Assembly (NCBI GenBank): GCA_964016885.1
Contig: OZ024754.1
Coordinates: 36,146,001-36,210,000, forward strand
Source of the DNA: Eledone cirrhosa
Taxonomy: Eukaryota
Direction of reading: 5' to 3'
Length of the DNA: 64,000 bases
The notes under the pieces are model-generated. The model was not told the origin of the DNA, did not search any database, and saw only the letters and a list, made by a program, of their open reading frames with translations. Below, piece by piece: positions 40,486 to 54,945 of this stretch. The first letter of the stretch is position 1. Every line of letters starts with the position of its first letter. The translations under genes were made by a program, and so were the position numbers.

Positions 40486-41035
40486 TGGTGATAATGTTTA
40501 GTGATAATGTTTGGTGATGTTTGGTGATAATGTTTAGTGATAATGTCTGGTGATGATGTTTAGTGATAATGTCTGGTGATGTTTGGTGATAATGTCTGGT
40601 GATGTTTGGTGATAATGTTTAGTGATAATGTTTGGTGATAATGTTTGGTGATAATGTTTGGTGATAATGTTTGGTGATAATGTCTGGTGATGTTTGGTGA
40701 TAATGTTTAGTGATAATGTTTGGTGATAATGTTTGGTGATGTTTGGTGATAATGTCTGGTGATGTTTGGTGATAATGTCTGGTGATGTTTGGTGATAATG
40801 TTTAGTGATAATGTTTGGTGATAATGTTTGGTGATGTTTGGTGATAATGTCTGGTGATGTTTGGTGATAATGTTTAGTGATAATGTTTAGTGATAATGTT
40901 TGGTAGATAATGTTTAGTGATAATGTTTGGTGGTAATGTTTGGTGATAATGTTTGGTAGATAATGTTTGGTGATAATGTTTGGTGGTAATGTTTGGTGAT
41001 AATGTTTGGTAGATAATGTTTGGTGATAATGTTTT
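40486..41035. repeat. 13/10-bp minisatellite (GGTGATAATGTTT / GGTGATGTTT)
   Basis: Directly visible. Confidence 0.95.
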
Positions 41036-41345
41036 GGGTAGTGATTGCCATGGTTAGCTTGGTAACGGATTGTAGCTGTGATTAACGCGTTGATAATGTT
41101 GGTTTGGTTTTGGTGGTGGTGGTGGTGGTGGTGGTGGTGGTGGTGTTTGTCGTGTTAATGGGGGAGTAGGCTAACAGTGGTGTTCTTGATGATGATGTTG
41201 GTGATGATGATGGTAGATGAAGTGGTGGTGGTGATGATGGTAAGGCTACAGTGGGGACAGTGGTGATGTATGTGGATATGTTGAAAGAAATGATGACAAG
41301 ATGCGGACAGTTGAAGAATTTTTTTTTCTTTGATTTATAAACTTA

Positions 41346-41871
41346 CTCTCGGATCCCAAATAATAGGAGGAGGTGTGCAATAAGCTGGTGGTTCGGGGTT
41401 AGAATAAGTAGGGGTGGGGGAATAAGCGGGCGTTTGGGGTGGAATAAGGGGGGTGTTGGAAAAAGCAGGGGTAGGGGTTGGAAAATCGGTAAATTTTCTA
41501 GTATGTCTACGTTGATTAAGTTTAGAAACCAGAATTAGCTGTTTAGTTTACATATTGAGACCGCCAACACATGCCATTTATTCTATAACTTATGGGATTT
41601 CTAGTATTGTACTTTTTAGTCATGTATAATGTTTTTTTTTATTGTATAAAGAAAATAAATTGTCGCAGGAATGCTACTACTTAAAATAAAAATTCGATGA
41701 AGATAGATTAGTAAAATTTAATAAGCGGGGGTGGGGGTGGTATTGGAATAAATTCTGAAAAAATATTAAGTTGGGAAGGTGTGAGTGTGTATGTGTGTGT
41801 GTGTGTGTGTGTATGTGTGTATGTGTGTATGTGTGTGTGTGTGGGGGGGGCAATTATTCGAGACTCGAGAG
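41346..41871. mobile_element. TA-flanked MITE (Tc1/mariner-type) with subterminal AATAAGCGGGG repeats
   Basis: TA at 41344-41345 and 41872-41873; TIRs CTCTCGGATCCCAAATAAT vs CTCTCGAGTCTCGAATAAT (15/19). Confidence 0.65.
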
Positions 41872-41977
41872 TACAATATTTCACTTAGATATATAAACCT
41901 ACAAATGTGTGTGTACGTGCACATGCATGGTGGTGGTGCTGGCGTTGGTGGTGGTGGTGGTGGTGGTGATGGTGGTA

Positions 41978-42021
<44 letters not shown>

Positions 42022-42110
42022 ACAGTAGTAGTAGTAATAGTAGCAACAGTAGTAGCAGTAGTAGCAGTAGTAGCAGTAGTAGCAGTAGTAGCAGTAGTAG
42101 TAGCAGCAAC

Positions 42111-42175
<65 letters not shown>

Positions 42176-42226
42176 CAGTAGTTGTAGCAGTAACAGTAGT
42201 AGTAGTAGTAATAGTAGTAATAGTAA

Positions 42227-42280
<54 letters not shown>

Positions 42281-42338
42281 CAGTAGTTGTAGCAGTAACA
42301 GTAGTAGTAGTAGTAATAGCAGCAACAGCAGTAGCAGT
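41978..42338. repeat. (TAG)n microsatellite
   Basis: Directly visible. Confidence 0.95.
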
Positions 42339-43104
42339 TATTCGTTTTCTGTATCTACATTTACAAACAATCGCTGTTCAAATTACGTGTCACAATTGTT
42401 ATAAATCCCTCATTAATTCATCAAACAACACTTTTTTCTTTTCTTCTGATTGTCTCCGTCCAATATATAAAACACAGACATCTTAGAATCTAATGTTTTC
42501 CATTCAGAGTTAGATTAAATTCAACCATTATCTTTCTAGAATCAAAATCGTAATCAAAAACATGGCGGCCATAGTTTATTTATTTATCTATTTTATTTAT
42601 TTATTTGTTTATTTATTTTATTTATATATTTATTTTATTTATTTATTTATTTTATCTATTTATTTGTTTGTTTGTTTATTTATTTATTTATTTTATTTAT
42701 TTATTTATTACCTATTTATTTTTATTATTTAATGCTTTGTGGCACTTAAAGGATTGTCTATTGTATCATATAACTGTGACTGCCCATCGAATAATTTAAT
42801 CAATAAAAAAGCAATATTGATTTTTGCTATTAACACTAGCTCTAATCTTTTTCACATGTACTTCCTTATGTCATTAATTCTTTTTTTACAGCCTCTTTTC
42901 ATGGTTTGTTTGTTGGTTGGTTTTTCTGTTTGTTTTCTTCTAATATCCTATCTAATTTTATGAGTCAAAGCGATTCATTTCCTTTGTCATTAGACGTGTT
43001 TAGCCACTTCTGTCCTACTCTATCCTAGATCTGTTATTTGCGGTGAAGAATCTCGTAACCTCTTCGGTAACTGAAGAGTCACTGGCCATATATTTATTAT
43101 TTTA

Positions 43105-43200
43105 TTATTTACTTTCATTCTATTGCTTTCAGTCATTAGACTGCGACCATTCTGGTGCATCGCCTTAAAGGGATTTTAATCAATCATATCAAACTCCTGT
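43105..43200 (-). mobile_element. Degenerate SINE 3' end (family S3)
   Basis: TTTCAGTCATTAGACTGCGACCATTCTGGTGCATCGCC is related to 53155-53215; resembles a common octopus SINE from recall. Confidence 0.5.
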
Positions 43201-43263
43201 AAATATTTTTTCGGGACTGTTACTTACTTATTTTATAGATCTCTACACGTCACGTACGAACAT

Positions 43264-43352
<89 letters not shown>

Positions 43353-43386
43353 CACACATATATATGTTTACGTACATATGTGTTTG

Positions 43387-43417
<31 letters not shown>

Positions 43418-43447
43418 GTATATATATATGTATGTATGTATGTATAA

Positions 43448-43573
<126 letters not shown>

Positions 43574-43594
43574 ATGTATATATATATATGTATG

Positions 43595-43639
<45 letters not shown>

Positions 43640-43788
43640 CGAAGAAAGTGTGGTAAGGAACCAGTACTCAATACTTAGGATAGTAGAGTGAGTAATAGGA
43701 AAATGTTTAACCCCGACGGCAGAGCTCAGACCAGAAATAGCCGTCGAAACCGCTTGACCTCTGCCGTCGGGGTTAAACATTTTCTTAT
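43640..43788. mobile_element. pLTR family B with fold-back
   Basis: AAAATGTTTAACCCCGACGGCAGAG mirrored by CTCTGCCGTCGGGGTTAAACATTTT. Confidence 0.65.
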
Positions 43789-43981
43789 ATATATATAACT
43801 CTAACCTTAAACCTAAACTTAAATATATTTTATATATTTTATATACATTATAAAACTTTTTTTAAAAAAGAATTCTCCTTCTCATTTTTTTCAATAATGT
43901 TACTTTCACGAATCAAAGAAGAAAAAGGAAAACAGATCCTTAAATATAATTTCCGTGCTATTTCCAATTCCACCCCCCTCA

Positions 43982-44028
<47 letters not shown>

Positions 44029-44435
44029 GTTATATTTTGGAAGGGTCATGCTGCCAATAAAAACACACGCACCTGTTGGTTTTCACTTCAATTCCTTATA
44101 AATTTCCGGTTGGTTGGTTCGATAACCGGATGGTTGTTTATATATTATCAAAGCTCTTTTGTCTCACATTCTGTGACCTCCTCAGTGACTAGGTTTTTAT
44201 TTTGTGTCTCTCCTTTATTCTGTCCTACACCATCTTGATGAGGTCACAGAATGTGTGACGAAAGAGATTTGACAATATATAAACAACCATCCGGTTATTG
44301 AACCAACCAACCGGAAATTTAAAATAAATTGAAGTGAAATCAACAGGTGCGTGTGTTTTTTATTGGCAACATGACCCTCCCAAAGTATAACAATATCTGT
44401 TTCAACACACGTTTTCAGATAAGAAATCTTGCAAA
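44029..44435. mobile_element. pLTR family C fold-back (~155-bp arms) with degenerate hammerhead motifs
   Basis: 44029-44184 mirrors 44236-44391; TTGATGA-G-GTCACA-GAATG-TGTGAC-GAAA at 44235-44263. Confidence 0.7.
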
Positions 44436-44850
44436 ACAAATTCAATAATGAAGTATATATATATAATTTCTGGTTGGTTGGTTGGTTCGATAACCTGATG
44501 GTTTTTTTAATATATTGTCAAAGGTCTTTTGTCTCGCATTCTGTGACCTTAGAAATGCCTGTAACATTTCTTATGCAAATTTTCCTAAATAGAACGAAAA
44601 AATGATTTTTAAGAGGATAAATGAGGAAAAAACGACTAAACACAAAGAATTGAGAGCAAGAAAGATGTGTGTTAATAACTATACATGTTTGGAAGGCGGC
44701 CAAAGACCGCCAATATCGCATTTGACTCGAGAGGTATCAGGAAATTAAAAAAAAAATTCAAGGGGTGTTAAGAAGGTCCAGGGGGGGGGGGGGGCTAAGG
44801 GGGTGGTAGAGATGATATAATAGCATATTAAATATCAAATGATACATATT

Positions 44851-45727
44851 AGGACGGTGGATTGGCAGTATCGGTAGAGGGTCGGACGCCGTGCTTTTCA
44901 GCATAGAGTTAAGGCCATTTATTATCTGAGTTCAAATCCCGCCGAGGTTAACTTTGCCTTTCATCCTTACCGGGTCGATAAAATATAGTACCAGTCACGC
45001 ACTGAGGTCGGTTTAATCGACATTCCCCTCCCCCAAAATTGCTGGCCTTGTGCCTATATAAGAAACCATTATATATAAATATCGTAAAATAAAAAAAATA
45101 TATAATATTTATTTATACATAGCATATATTATATTATTTATTATATATTATATTATTTATTATATATTATATTATTTATTATAGCAGTACAGAGTAATGG
45201 CCCTTTACGGTCTGAGTTCAAATCCCGTCGAGGTTAACTTTGCATTTCATCCTTACGGGGTCGATAAAATAAAGTACCAGTAATACACTGGGATAATTGC
45301 TGGCCTTGTGCCTAAAGTAGAAACAATTATATTATACGTCCCTTTACGGTCTGAGTTCAAATCCCGTCGAGGTTGACTTTGCTTTTCATCCTTACGGGGT
45401 CGATAAAATAAAGTACCAGTAATGAACTGGGTAATTGCTGGCCCTGTGCCTAAAGTAGAAACAATTATTTATTATATATAAGTTAAGGATTTTATTTATT
45501 ATATATTATTATATATATTATTTACAATTTGAATAGGCGGTGGATTGGCAGTATCGGTAGAGAGTCGGACACCATGCTTTGATGCATCGAGTTACGGCCC
45601 TTGCCATTCTGGGTTCAAATCCGGCCGAGGTTAACTTTGCTTTTCATCCTTACGGGGTCGATAAAATAATTACCAGTAATACACTGGACTTTATTGCTGG
45701 CCTTGTGCCAAAAGTAGAAATAATTAT
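44851..45727 (+). mobile_element. Cluster of four same-strand SINE S1 copies
   Basis: Copies at ~44851-45071 (long form), ~45190-45331, ~45335-45470 and 45536-45727; the last has a 16-bp TSD ATTATTTACAATTTGA (45517-45532, 45723-45738). Confidence 0.9.
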
Positions 45728-45989
45728 TTACAATTTGAGTGTAGGCAGGTCCCTCTGGAAATATGGGTGGGGTCGCTGAGGGTATTACGTGCCTGTGAGG
45801 GGGTTAGTGGCCCCCAAAATTTGAGAACTTCTTGTATATAACGACAAAAGTACCGACATGTTTTCTTCAGCTCAACTAAAGAAAATATTTGACATTTCTT
45901 TTTGATTGGATTAATGTATTGTAAGAGACTGTCGCAGTATTAAGCCGCTTGGTAATTTGAAATATTTTAACACAGATATTTATGTATAA

Positions 45990-46790
45990 TGATAATGATG
46001 GTGATGATGATGGTGGTGGAGGTGATGATGGTGATGGTGGTGGTGATGGTGGTGGTGATGGTGATGGTGATGGTGATGGTGATGGTGATGGTGGTGATGG
46101 TAATGATGGTAATGGTGGCGGTAGGGGTGATGATGGTGGTGGTGGTGGTGGTGGTGGTGGTGGTGGTGGTGATGGTGGTGATGGTGATGGTGGTGTTGGT
46201 GATGATGGTGGTGGTGGTGGTGATGGTGATAGTGATGGTGGTGGTGGTGATGGTGATGGTGATGATGGTGATGGTGGTGATGGTGGTGTTGGTGATGATG
46301 GTGGTGGTGGTGGTGATGGTGATAGTGATGGTGGTGGTGGTGATGGTGATGGTGATGATGGTGATGGTGGTGATGGTGGTGATGGTGATGGTGGTGATGG
46401 TGATGATGGTGATGGTGATGGTGGTGATGGTGATGGTGGTGATGGTGATGATGGTGGTGGTGGGGGTGATGATGGTGATGGTGGTGGTGGTGATGGTGAT
46501 GGTGATGGTAATGGTGATGGTGATGATGGTGATGGTGATGATGGTGGTGGTGATGGTGGTGATGGTGGTGGTGGTGATGGTGGTTGTGATGGTGGTGGTG
46601 ATGGTGGTGATGATGGTGGTGGTGGTGATGGTGGTGGTGATGATGATGATGGTGGTGGTGGTGGTGGTGATGGTGATGATGGCGATGATTGTGGTGGTGA
46701 TGATGGTGGTGGTGATGGTGATGATGGTGATGATGATGAAGGTGGTGGTGGTGGTGGTGATGGTGATGATGGTGATGATGGTGATGATAA
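45990..46790. repeat. (GGT/GAT)n repeat
   Basis: Directly visible. Confidence 0.95.
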
Positions 46791-48244
46791 GGAGGAGGAG
46801 GGGGAGGAAGAAGAGGAGTAGGATGTAGTTAATGACGGGGACGACGCCACCACCGACGATAACGACCTTCCAGACAGAAGACGTCCTTCCCTCCATCCCA
46901 CCCCCAACTGAACATACACACACATACACACACACACCACACACACATACATACAGACAGACACACACACACACCAAACCATACTCACACACACCACACA
47001 CACACACGCCAAAACATACACACATATACACATACCCTCCGCACATACACATAATTATATTATACACAGACACACACATGCACACACACCAGAACATACA
47101 CACATACGCACAAACACCAAAACATACACACATACATACATACACACACCAAACCATACACACATACACCACACACAGCACACACACACACACACGCCTA
47201 AACATACACTCATATACACATACACTCCCCACATACACATAATTATATTATACACAGATACACACATGCACACACACCAGAACATACACACATACGCACA
47301 AACACCAAAACATACACACACACCATAACATACACACATACACACATACATACACACACACCAAAACACACCAACACATACGCACATACACACATACACA
47401 CACCAAAACATACACACATACACACCCCAACACATACACACATACACACATACACACACCAACACACACACACACACCAAAACATACACACATACACACA
47501 TACACACACCAAGACATACACACATACACACATACATACACACACACACCAAAACACACACACACAATACACACACACCAACACATACACCCACACACAC
47601 ACCAAAACATACACACATACACACATACACACACCAAGACATACACACATACGCACATACATACACACACACACCAAAACACACACATGCAATACACACA
47701 CACCAACACATACACCCACACACACACACCAAAACATACACACATACACACATGCACACACCAAAACACACACACACAATACACACACACCAACACATAC
47801 ACCCACACACACACACCAAAACATACATACATACACACACATACACACAATACACACACACCAACACATACACCCCCACACATACACCAAAACATACACA
47901 CACACACACACAATACACACACACAATACACACACACCAACACACACACACACATCCCTCCTCCCATCCACCATCCAACCATCTCCAATTGTCAGATATT
48001 ACGAGAGAGATACCTAAATATTATGTCAGTCCACTGATACCATTCTTGTAGCTGCATCTCGAAGATTTGTTGTTATGTTTAATGTATTTATAACAGAGCT
48101 TTATTGTTGTTTGGTCGGGGATTTGTAGTCATATGCCCTCCCCTTCCACTGCCACCATACACCAATTCACTACTGCTTCACTGTCACACCACTTCATCAT
48201 TGCAAAACCCTACCACATCACCACCTCACTATCTCCAAACCTTA

Positions 48245-48500
48245 ACCATCTCACCACCTCACACTGTCTCACAACTTCCCACTGTCTCACAACATCACCA
48301 CATCACCACCTCGCCATCTCACAAACTAACCATCTCACCACCTCACACTGTCTCACAACTTCACACTGTTTCACAACATCACCACATCACCACCTCACTA
48401 TCTCACAAACTAACCATCTCACCACTTCACACTGTCTCACAACTTCACACTGTCTCACAATATTATCACATCACCACATCACCACCTCGCCATCTCACAA
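48245..48500. repeat. ~84-bp tandem repeat, 3 units
   Basis: AACCATCTCACCAC at 48245, 48328 and 48412. Confidence 0.85.
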
Positions 48501-48884
48501 CCTCACTGTCTCACAACTATATCTCCACTGTTCCCACCATCTCACAACCTTACCACATTACCAACTCACCATTTGATAACGACACCATATTACCACCTCC
48601 CCATTTCACAACCTAACCCCATTACCACCTCACCACCTCACAACCTCACCACAACTATATCTTCACTACCACCACCACCACCACCACCACCACTACCACC
48701 ACAACCACCACAACTATATCTCCATTGCAAATGACTGACAAGAGAGCCACGCCTTACCGCCACCACCACTACACCGTCCCCTCTCTCCTCTTTTTACTCC
48801 TCTTTTAACATACTTCTCGTCGGTTTCGTCAGTAACGTTGTCATAACATTAGCATCAGTTTTATAACAGCCTATATACTAATCG

Positions 48885-50177
48885 TGATAATGATGATGAT
48901 GATGGTGGCGATGGTGGTGGTAGTGGTGGTGGTGGTGGAAGTGGTGGTGGTGGTGGTGGTGGTGGTGGTGGTGGTGGTGGTGGTGGTGGTGGTGATGGTG
49001 GTGGTGGCAATGGTGGTGGTGGTGGTGGTGGTGGGAGTGGTGGTGGTGATGGTGGTGGGAGTGGTGGTGGTGGTGGTGGTGGTGGTGGTGGTGATGATGG
49101 TGGTGGTGGTGGTGGTGGTGGTGGTGGTGGTGGGAGTGGTGGTGGTGGTGGTGGTGGTGGTGGTGGTGGTGGTGGTGATGGTGGTGGTGGTGGTGATGGT
49201 GGTGGTGGCAATGGTGGTGGTGGTGGTGGTGGTGGGAGTGGTGGTGGTGATGGTGGTGGGAGTGGTGGTGGTGGTGGTGGTGGTGGTGGTGGTGATGATG
49301 GTGGTGGTGGTGGTGGTGGTGGTGGTGGTGGGAGTGGTGGTGGTGGTGGTGGTGGTGGTGGTGGTGGTGGTGGTGATGGTGGTGGTGGTGGTGATGGTGG
49401 GAGTGGTGGTGGTGATGGTGGTGGGAGTGGTGGTGGTGGTGGTGGTGATGATGGTGGTGGTGGTGGTGATGGTGGTGGTGGCAATGGTGGTGGTGGTGGT
49501 GGTGGGAGTGGTGGTGGTGATGGTGGTGGGAGTGGTGGTGGTGGTGGTGGTGATGATGGTGGTGGTGGTGGTGGTGGTGGTGGTGGTGGGAGTGGTGGTG
49601 GTGGTGGTGGGAGTGGTGGTGGTGGTGGTGGTGGTGGTGGTGGTGGTGGTGGTGGTGGTGGTGGTGGTGGTGGTGGTGGTGGGAGTGGTGGTGGTGATGG
49701 TGGTGGGAGTGGTGGTGGTGGTGGTGGTGGGAGTGGTGGTGGTGGTGGTGGTGGTGGTGGTGGTGGTGGTGGTGGTGGTGGTGGTGGTGGTGGTGGTGGT
49801 GGGAGTGGTGGTGATGATGGTGGTGGTGGTGGTGGTGGTGGTGGTGGTGGGAGTGGTGGTGGTGGTGGTGGTGGTGGTGGTGGTGGTGGTGGGAGTGGGA
49901 GTGGTGGTGGCGATGGTGGTGGTGGTGGTGGTCGTGGTGGTGGTGGTGGTGATTGTGGTGGTGGTGGTGGTGGTGACGGAGATGATGATGATGGTGGTGG
50001 TGGTGGTGATGATGATGATGATGAGGATTATGATGAGGCTGATGATGGAGATAGTGATTATGGGGGCGGGGGGGGGGGGGTAATGGTGGTGGAGATGATG
50101 ATGATAATGGTGGCAATGATGATGGAGATGGTGATGATGATGGAGATGGTGATGATGATGGAGATGGTGATGATGAT
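48885..50177. repeat. (GGT)n-rich repeat with GGGAGT interruptions
   Basis: Directly visible. Confidence 0.95.
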
Positions 50178-50595
50178 ATGTGGATGTGTGTGCTGGTGAG
50201 TGTTAGTGAGTGTGTAAGTATGTGTTATAGTATTAATGTGGACATCTCTATATGTAAATGTATGTGTGTGTATGTCTTAATGTGTACGGATATGTGAGTG
50301 TATGCGCATGCGTATTCCTGTGTATGCTTATTTGCGTGTATGTTTTGTATGTGTGTTATGTGTGTATGTATCTATATGTATGTGTGTTATGTGTGTGTGT
50401 GTATCTGTGTGTATGAATGTCACTGTGTGTGTGCGCGTGCGAGTGTTTTTATGTGTGTGTGAGTGTGTATCTCTGTATGTGTGTGGGTATGTGTGTCTCT
50501 GTGTATGTGTGTGTAGGTGTATTTATGTGTGTGTATGTGTGGGGGTATGTGTGTCTGTGTATATGATTGTTAATAGGTATGTATTGCGTGCATGC

Positions 50596-50633
<38 letters not shown>

Positions 50634-50697
50634 TTGTATGTCTGAATGAGTGTGTGTGTGTGTGGGTATGTGTGTCTCTGTGTATGTGTTTGTTTAT

Positions 50698-51404
50698 ATG
50701 TATGCTAGTGTGTGTATGTATGCGTGTGTGTGTATATGTATGCGTGTGTGTGTATGTATGCTAGTGTGTGTATGTATGCTAGTGTGTGTATGTATGCTAG
50801 TGTGTGTATGTATGCAAGTGTGTGTATGTATGCGTGTGTGTATGTATGCTAGTGTGTGTATGTATGGTAGTGTGTGTATGTATGCTAGTGTGTGTATGTA
50901 TGTGTGTGTGTATGTATGCGTGTGTGTGTATGTATGGTAGTGTGTATGTATGCTAGTGTGTGTATGTATGCTAGTGTGTGTATGTATGTGTGTGTGTATG
51001 TATGGTAGTGTGTATGTATGCTAGTGTGTGTATGTATGCTAGTGTGTGTATGTATGCTAGTGTGTGTATGTATGGTAGTGTGTGTGTATGTATGCTAGTG
51101 TATGTATGTAAGATAGTGTGTGTATGTATGCGTGTGTGTGTATGTATGGTAGTGTGTGTGTATGTATGCTAGTGTGTGTGTGTATGGTAGTGTGTGTGTA
51201 TGTATGGTTGTGTGTGTATGTATGCTAGTGTGTGTGTGTATGGTAGTGTGTGTATGTATGCTAGTGTGTGTATGTATGGTAGTGTGTGTGTATGTATGCT
51301 AGTGTGTGTATGTATGCTAGTGTGTGTATGTATGCTAGTGTGTGTATGTATGGTAGTGTGTGTGTATGTATGCTAGTGTGTGTATGTGTGGTAGTGTGTG
51401 TATG
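50698..51404. repeat. TATGTATGCTAGTGTGTG-type minisatellite
   Basis: Directly visible. Confidence 0.9.
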
Positions 51405-51514
51405 TTTTAGTTTCAAGGTGCTGTGCATTTAACCGTGCAAATCGCTGCATATTATCGCGCACGAATTGTCAACGGAGTTATGCAGCCTCTCCCCCCACCC
51501 CTATATTACCCAAT

Positions 51515-52753
51515 CCACCACCGCCACCATCCACCATAACATTAACGACATTACCAACGAAATCATCATCATCCCCACCACCACCACCACTACCACCACT
51601 ACCACAACTACCACAACTACCCATACCACTACTAACAGCAGTACCATCACCAACACCACCAACACCATCACTACCATCAACACCAACACTACCAATACCA
51701 TCACCATCACCACCACTACCATCAACACCAACACTACCAATACCATCACCGTCACTGCCACTACCAACAACACCATCACTACCACTACCATCACCACCAC
51801 TACCATCAAGACCATCACTACAAATACCATCACCATCACCACCACTACCATCACAAACACCACCATCAACACCATCACAAACACCACCATCAACACCATC
51901 AATACCAATACCACCACCATCACCATCACCGCCACCACCACAATCACTATCACCATCACCAACACTACCACACCCATTACCACCCTCACCACCCTCACCA
52001 CCACCACCACTATCACCCTCACCACCACCATCACCACCCTCACCACCAACCTCACCACCACCACCACCCTCACCATCAACCTCACCACCACCACCACCAC
52101 CCTCACCACCACCACCACCACCCTCACCATCAACCTCACCACCACCACCACCACCCTCAGCATCAACCTCACCACCACCACCACCACCCTCACCATCAAC
52201 CTCACCACCACCGCCACCCTCACCATCAACCTCACCACCACCACCACCCTCACCACCAACCTCACCACCACCACCACCACCACCAAAACCACCACCACCA
52301 CCACCACCACAACCACCACCACCACCACCACCACCACCACCACCACCACCACCACCACCACCACCACCCTCACCACCACCACCACCACCACCATCAACCT
52401 CACCACCACCACCACCACCACCACCCTCACCATCAACCTCACCACCACCTCCACCACCACCCTCACCATCAACCTCACCACCACCACCCTCACCATCAAC
52501 CTCACCACCACCACCCTCACCACCACCACCCTCACCATCAACCTCACCACCACCCTCACCACCACCCACACCACCACCACCACCACTATCATCCTCACCA
52601 TCAACCTCACCACCACCACCCTCACCACCACCACCCTCACCATCAACCTCACCACCACCCTCACCACCACCCACACCACCACCACCACCACTACTATCAT
52701 CCTCACCATCAACCTCACCACCACCACCACCACCACCACCACCACCACCATCA
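51515..52753. repeat. (CCA)-derived degenerate repeat
   Basis: Directly visible. Confidence 0.9.
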
Positions 52754-53154
52754 CAAACTTCAATTTCGTCACCTTTCGCTTAGCCACGGATTATTTATTT
52801 ATTTATTTATTTATTTCTCTCTTTATTTATTTCAAGTGTTTCCGCCTCGGTAGATGTCGCCACTATTGTTAAGTTAGGAATGAGAAACTTTCATAACATG
52901 CTATGTTTGTCTGTTTCTAACAACAATAACTAATGGAAATCTTAGTCCCTTAAAGGAATGCCTTCGGGGAATTAACAAACCTCATTACTAGGAATCAACG
53001 ACATGCCAACCCAAAGACATAATCTTCGGCTACATAAGAGTGAACTACTTTCTTTTTCACAAGGTTGAGGGATTGTGGCTGGTGGGGTGGGGTGGGGTGG
53101 GGGGCTGTGAATGGAACTTTACAATGATAAAAATTGATTCAAAAACACATATAC

Positions 53155-53215
53155 TCTTTTATTCTTTTACTCTTTTACCTGTTCCAGCCATTCGGCTGAG
53201 ACCATGCTGGAGCAC
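53155..53215 (-). mobile_element. SINE S3 3' end with (AAAAGAGT)n tail
   Basis: CTCTTTTATTCTTTTACTCTTTTAC then CAGCCATTCGGCTGAGACCATGCTGGAGCAC on +. Confidence 0.55.
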
Positions 53216-53588
53216 TAAAAAAATATATTAGATAAGCCCACCCCGACCGGCCCCAATTAGGGATTCAGTTACACTGGGGCCCCAACGGATATAAATACAG
53301 ATATAAATATATATATATGGTCTAACATTGTTAGACTATATATATATATATATTTATATCTGTATTTTTAACCGTTGGTCAATCAATGATAAACATTGAT
53401 TGCCAAATAAATTAACTATGGAGATATAAAAGATACAGAATCGAAAACCAACCAAACAGTGAGTGTGTTCTGTTATTATTTCTGGCAATATTATAACAAC
53501 AATATAACCCTCTCCAAATATAACAATATATATATATATATATATATACGATATTAATAAATGGAAACTATATTTATAAAACCATATT

Positions 53589-53653
53589 TATTTCCTTATA
53601 CATATTTCAGGGATACCAAATTAAATTATGGTATGCCTTCATCAGACAAAATA
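53589..53653 (-). ncRNA. Minimal type I hammerhead ribozyme (family E)
   Basis: TATTTTGT-CTGATGA-AGGCATACCA-loop-TGGTATCCCT-GAAA-TATGTA-TA-AGGAAATA. Confidence 0.7.
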
Positions 53654-53850
53654 CAATATATAACAGTTTTACAAATAAGCTTTGACGTACCCTTTTAAAA
53701 TGCGACCAAAATGCGACCAATATAAAAATATTTACTTGTTGTATCCCAACAGTTTTAAATAGAACTTTTCCATATATATATATATATATATATATATAGA
53801 AAGGATGAATATAAAATGAAAGTGCTTTTTTTAAAAAAGGAATTTATTAG

Positions 53851-53970
53851 GTATTGACATATGTTTCTGTAACAGACTGAATACCTATGTATCGCTGCTT
53901 GCGTAATCATATAATGTTAGCAAGTATTCGATAGCAAATGTATAATCAGTTGTCACATCTTCAGAGATTT
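53851..53970 (-). ncRNA. Hammerhead-like motif with very long stem-loop II
   Basis: CTGAAGA-TGTGACA-ACTGA...TCAGT-C-TGTTACA-GAAA-CATATG-TC; stem I poor. Confidence 0.55.
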
Positions 53971-54019
53971 TGGATAAATTGGATAAAATCAGAAAAATGG
54001 CGGCATAAAAATAACCTGA

Positions 54020-54067
<48 letters not shown>

Positions 54068-54344
54068 CAGGAACTAGATAGATAGTATTAGCAACTGGAA
54101 AGCTCAATGGAAACATTGTTTCCTCGGTTCGATTTGACGAAAGTCGATCGTTCCTGATATATATATATATTGTTATATTGTAATACTTGGGGAGGGTCAT
54201 ATTGTTGTTATAATATTGCCAGAAATAATAACAGAACACACTCACTGTTTAGTTGGTTTTTGCTTCTGTATCTTTTATATCTCCATAGTTAATTTATTTG
54301 GCAATCAACGTTTAAAATTGATTGACCAACGGTTAAAAATACAA

Positions 54345-54377
<33 letters not shown>

Positions 54378-54384
<7 letters not shown>

Positions 54385-54698
54385 AGATCAAAAGATGGTT
54401 AAAAGAGTTCCAAGTATTTTATTATGCGCATTTCAAAAACAAATATCATCAGATAAAATAGTTCTCATCAGATAAAATAGGGAGACATGATATGAAGCTT
54501 AAAACACACTTGCGAGCAGAACGCAAATATCATCCCATGATGATATTTGTTTTTGAAATGCGCATAATAAAATACTTGGAACTCTTTTAACCATCTTTTG
54601 ATCTTATATTATTTATACTCCAGTCCTATAAACTGTGAAGTGCTACTTATCCGATATTTGCATTGCTTTATTGTGCTACAATAAAACTCACCTCCTAC
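54378..54698. mobile_element. pLTR family D fold-back with rearranged partial hammerheads
   Basis: 54378-54450 mirrors ~54538-54610; homologous to 20934-21363. Confidence 0.7.
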
Positions 54699-54727
54699 AT
54701 ATATATATATATATATATATATAGTCT

Positions 54728-54767
54728 ATCAAAGCTCTTTCGTCACACATCTGTGACATCATCAGTG

Positions 54768-54769
<2 letters not shown>
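54728..54769 (-). ncRNA. Minimal type I hammerhead-like motif (family C)
   Basis: CTGATGA-T-GTCACA-GATG-TGTGAC-GAAA-GAGCTT-TGAT. Confidence 0.55.
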
Positions 54770-54849
<80 letters not shown>

Positions 54850-54864
54850 CATTCATACATTCAT

Positions 54865-54896
<32 letters not shown>

Positions 54897-54912
54897 ACAC
54901 ACACACACACAG

Positions 54913-54945
<33 letters not shown>

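Larger units (their letters stand above)
53358..54346. mobile_element. Inverted pair of pLTR family C fragments bracketing other pLTR pieces
   Basis: 53358-53528 is the reverse complement of ~54170-54346. Confidence 0.7.

Noticed and set aside
45745-45835. Possible hAT MITE end (AAAATTTGAGAACTTCTTG)
   Set aside because: No matching opposite TIR or 8-bp TSD found
51398-52872. Extensin- or mucin-like Pro/Thr-rich ORFs
   Set aside because: Degenerate (CCA)n repeat open in multiple frames on both strands; no signal peptide or splice support seen
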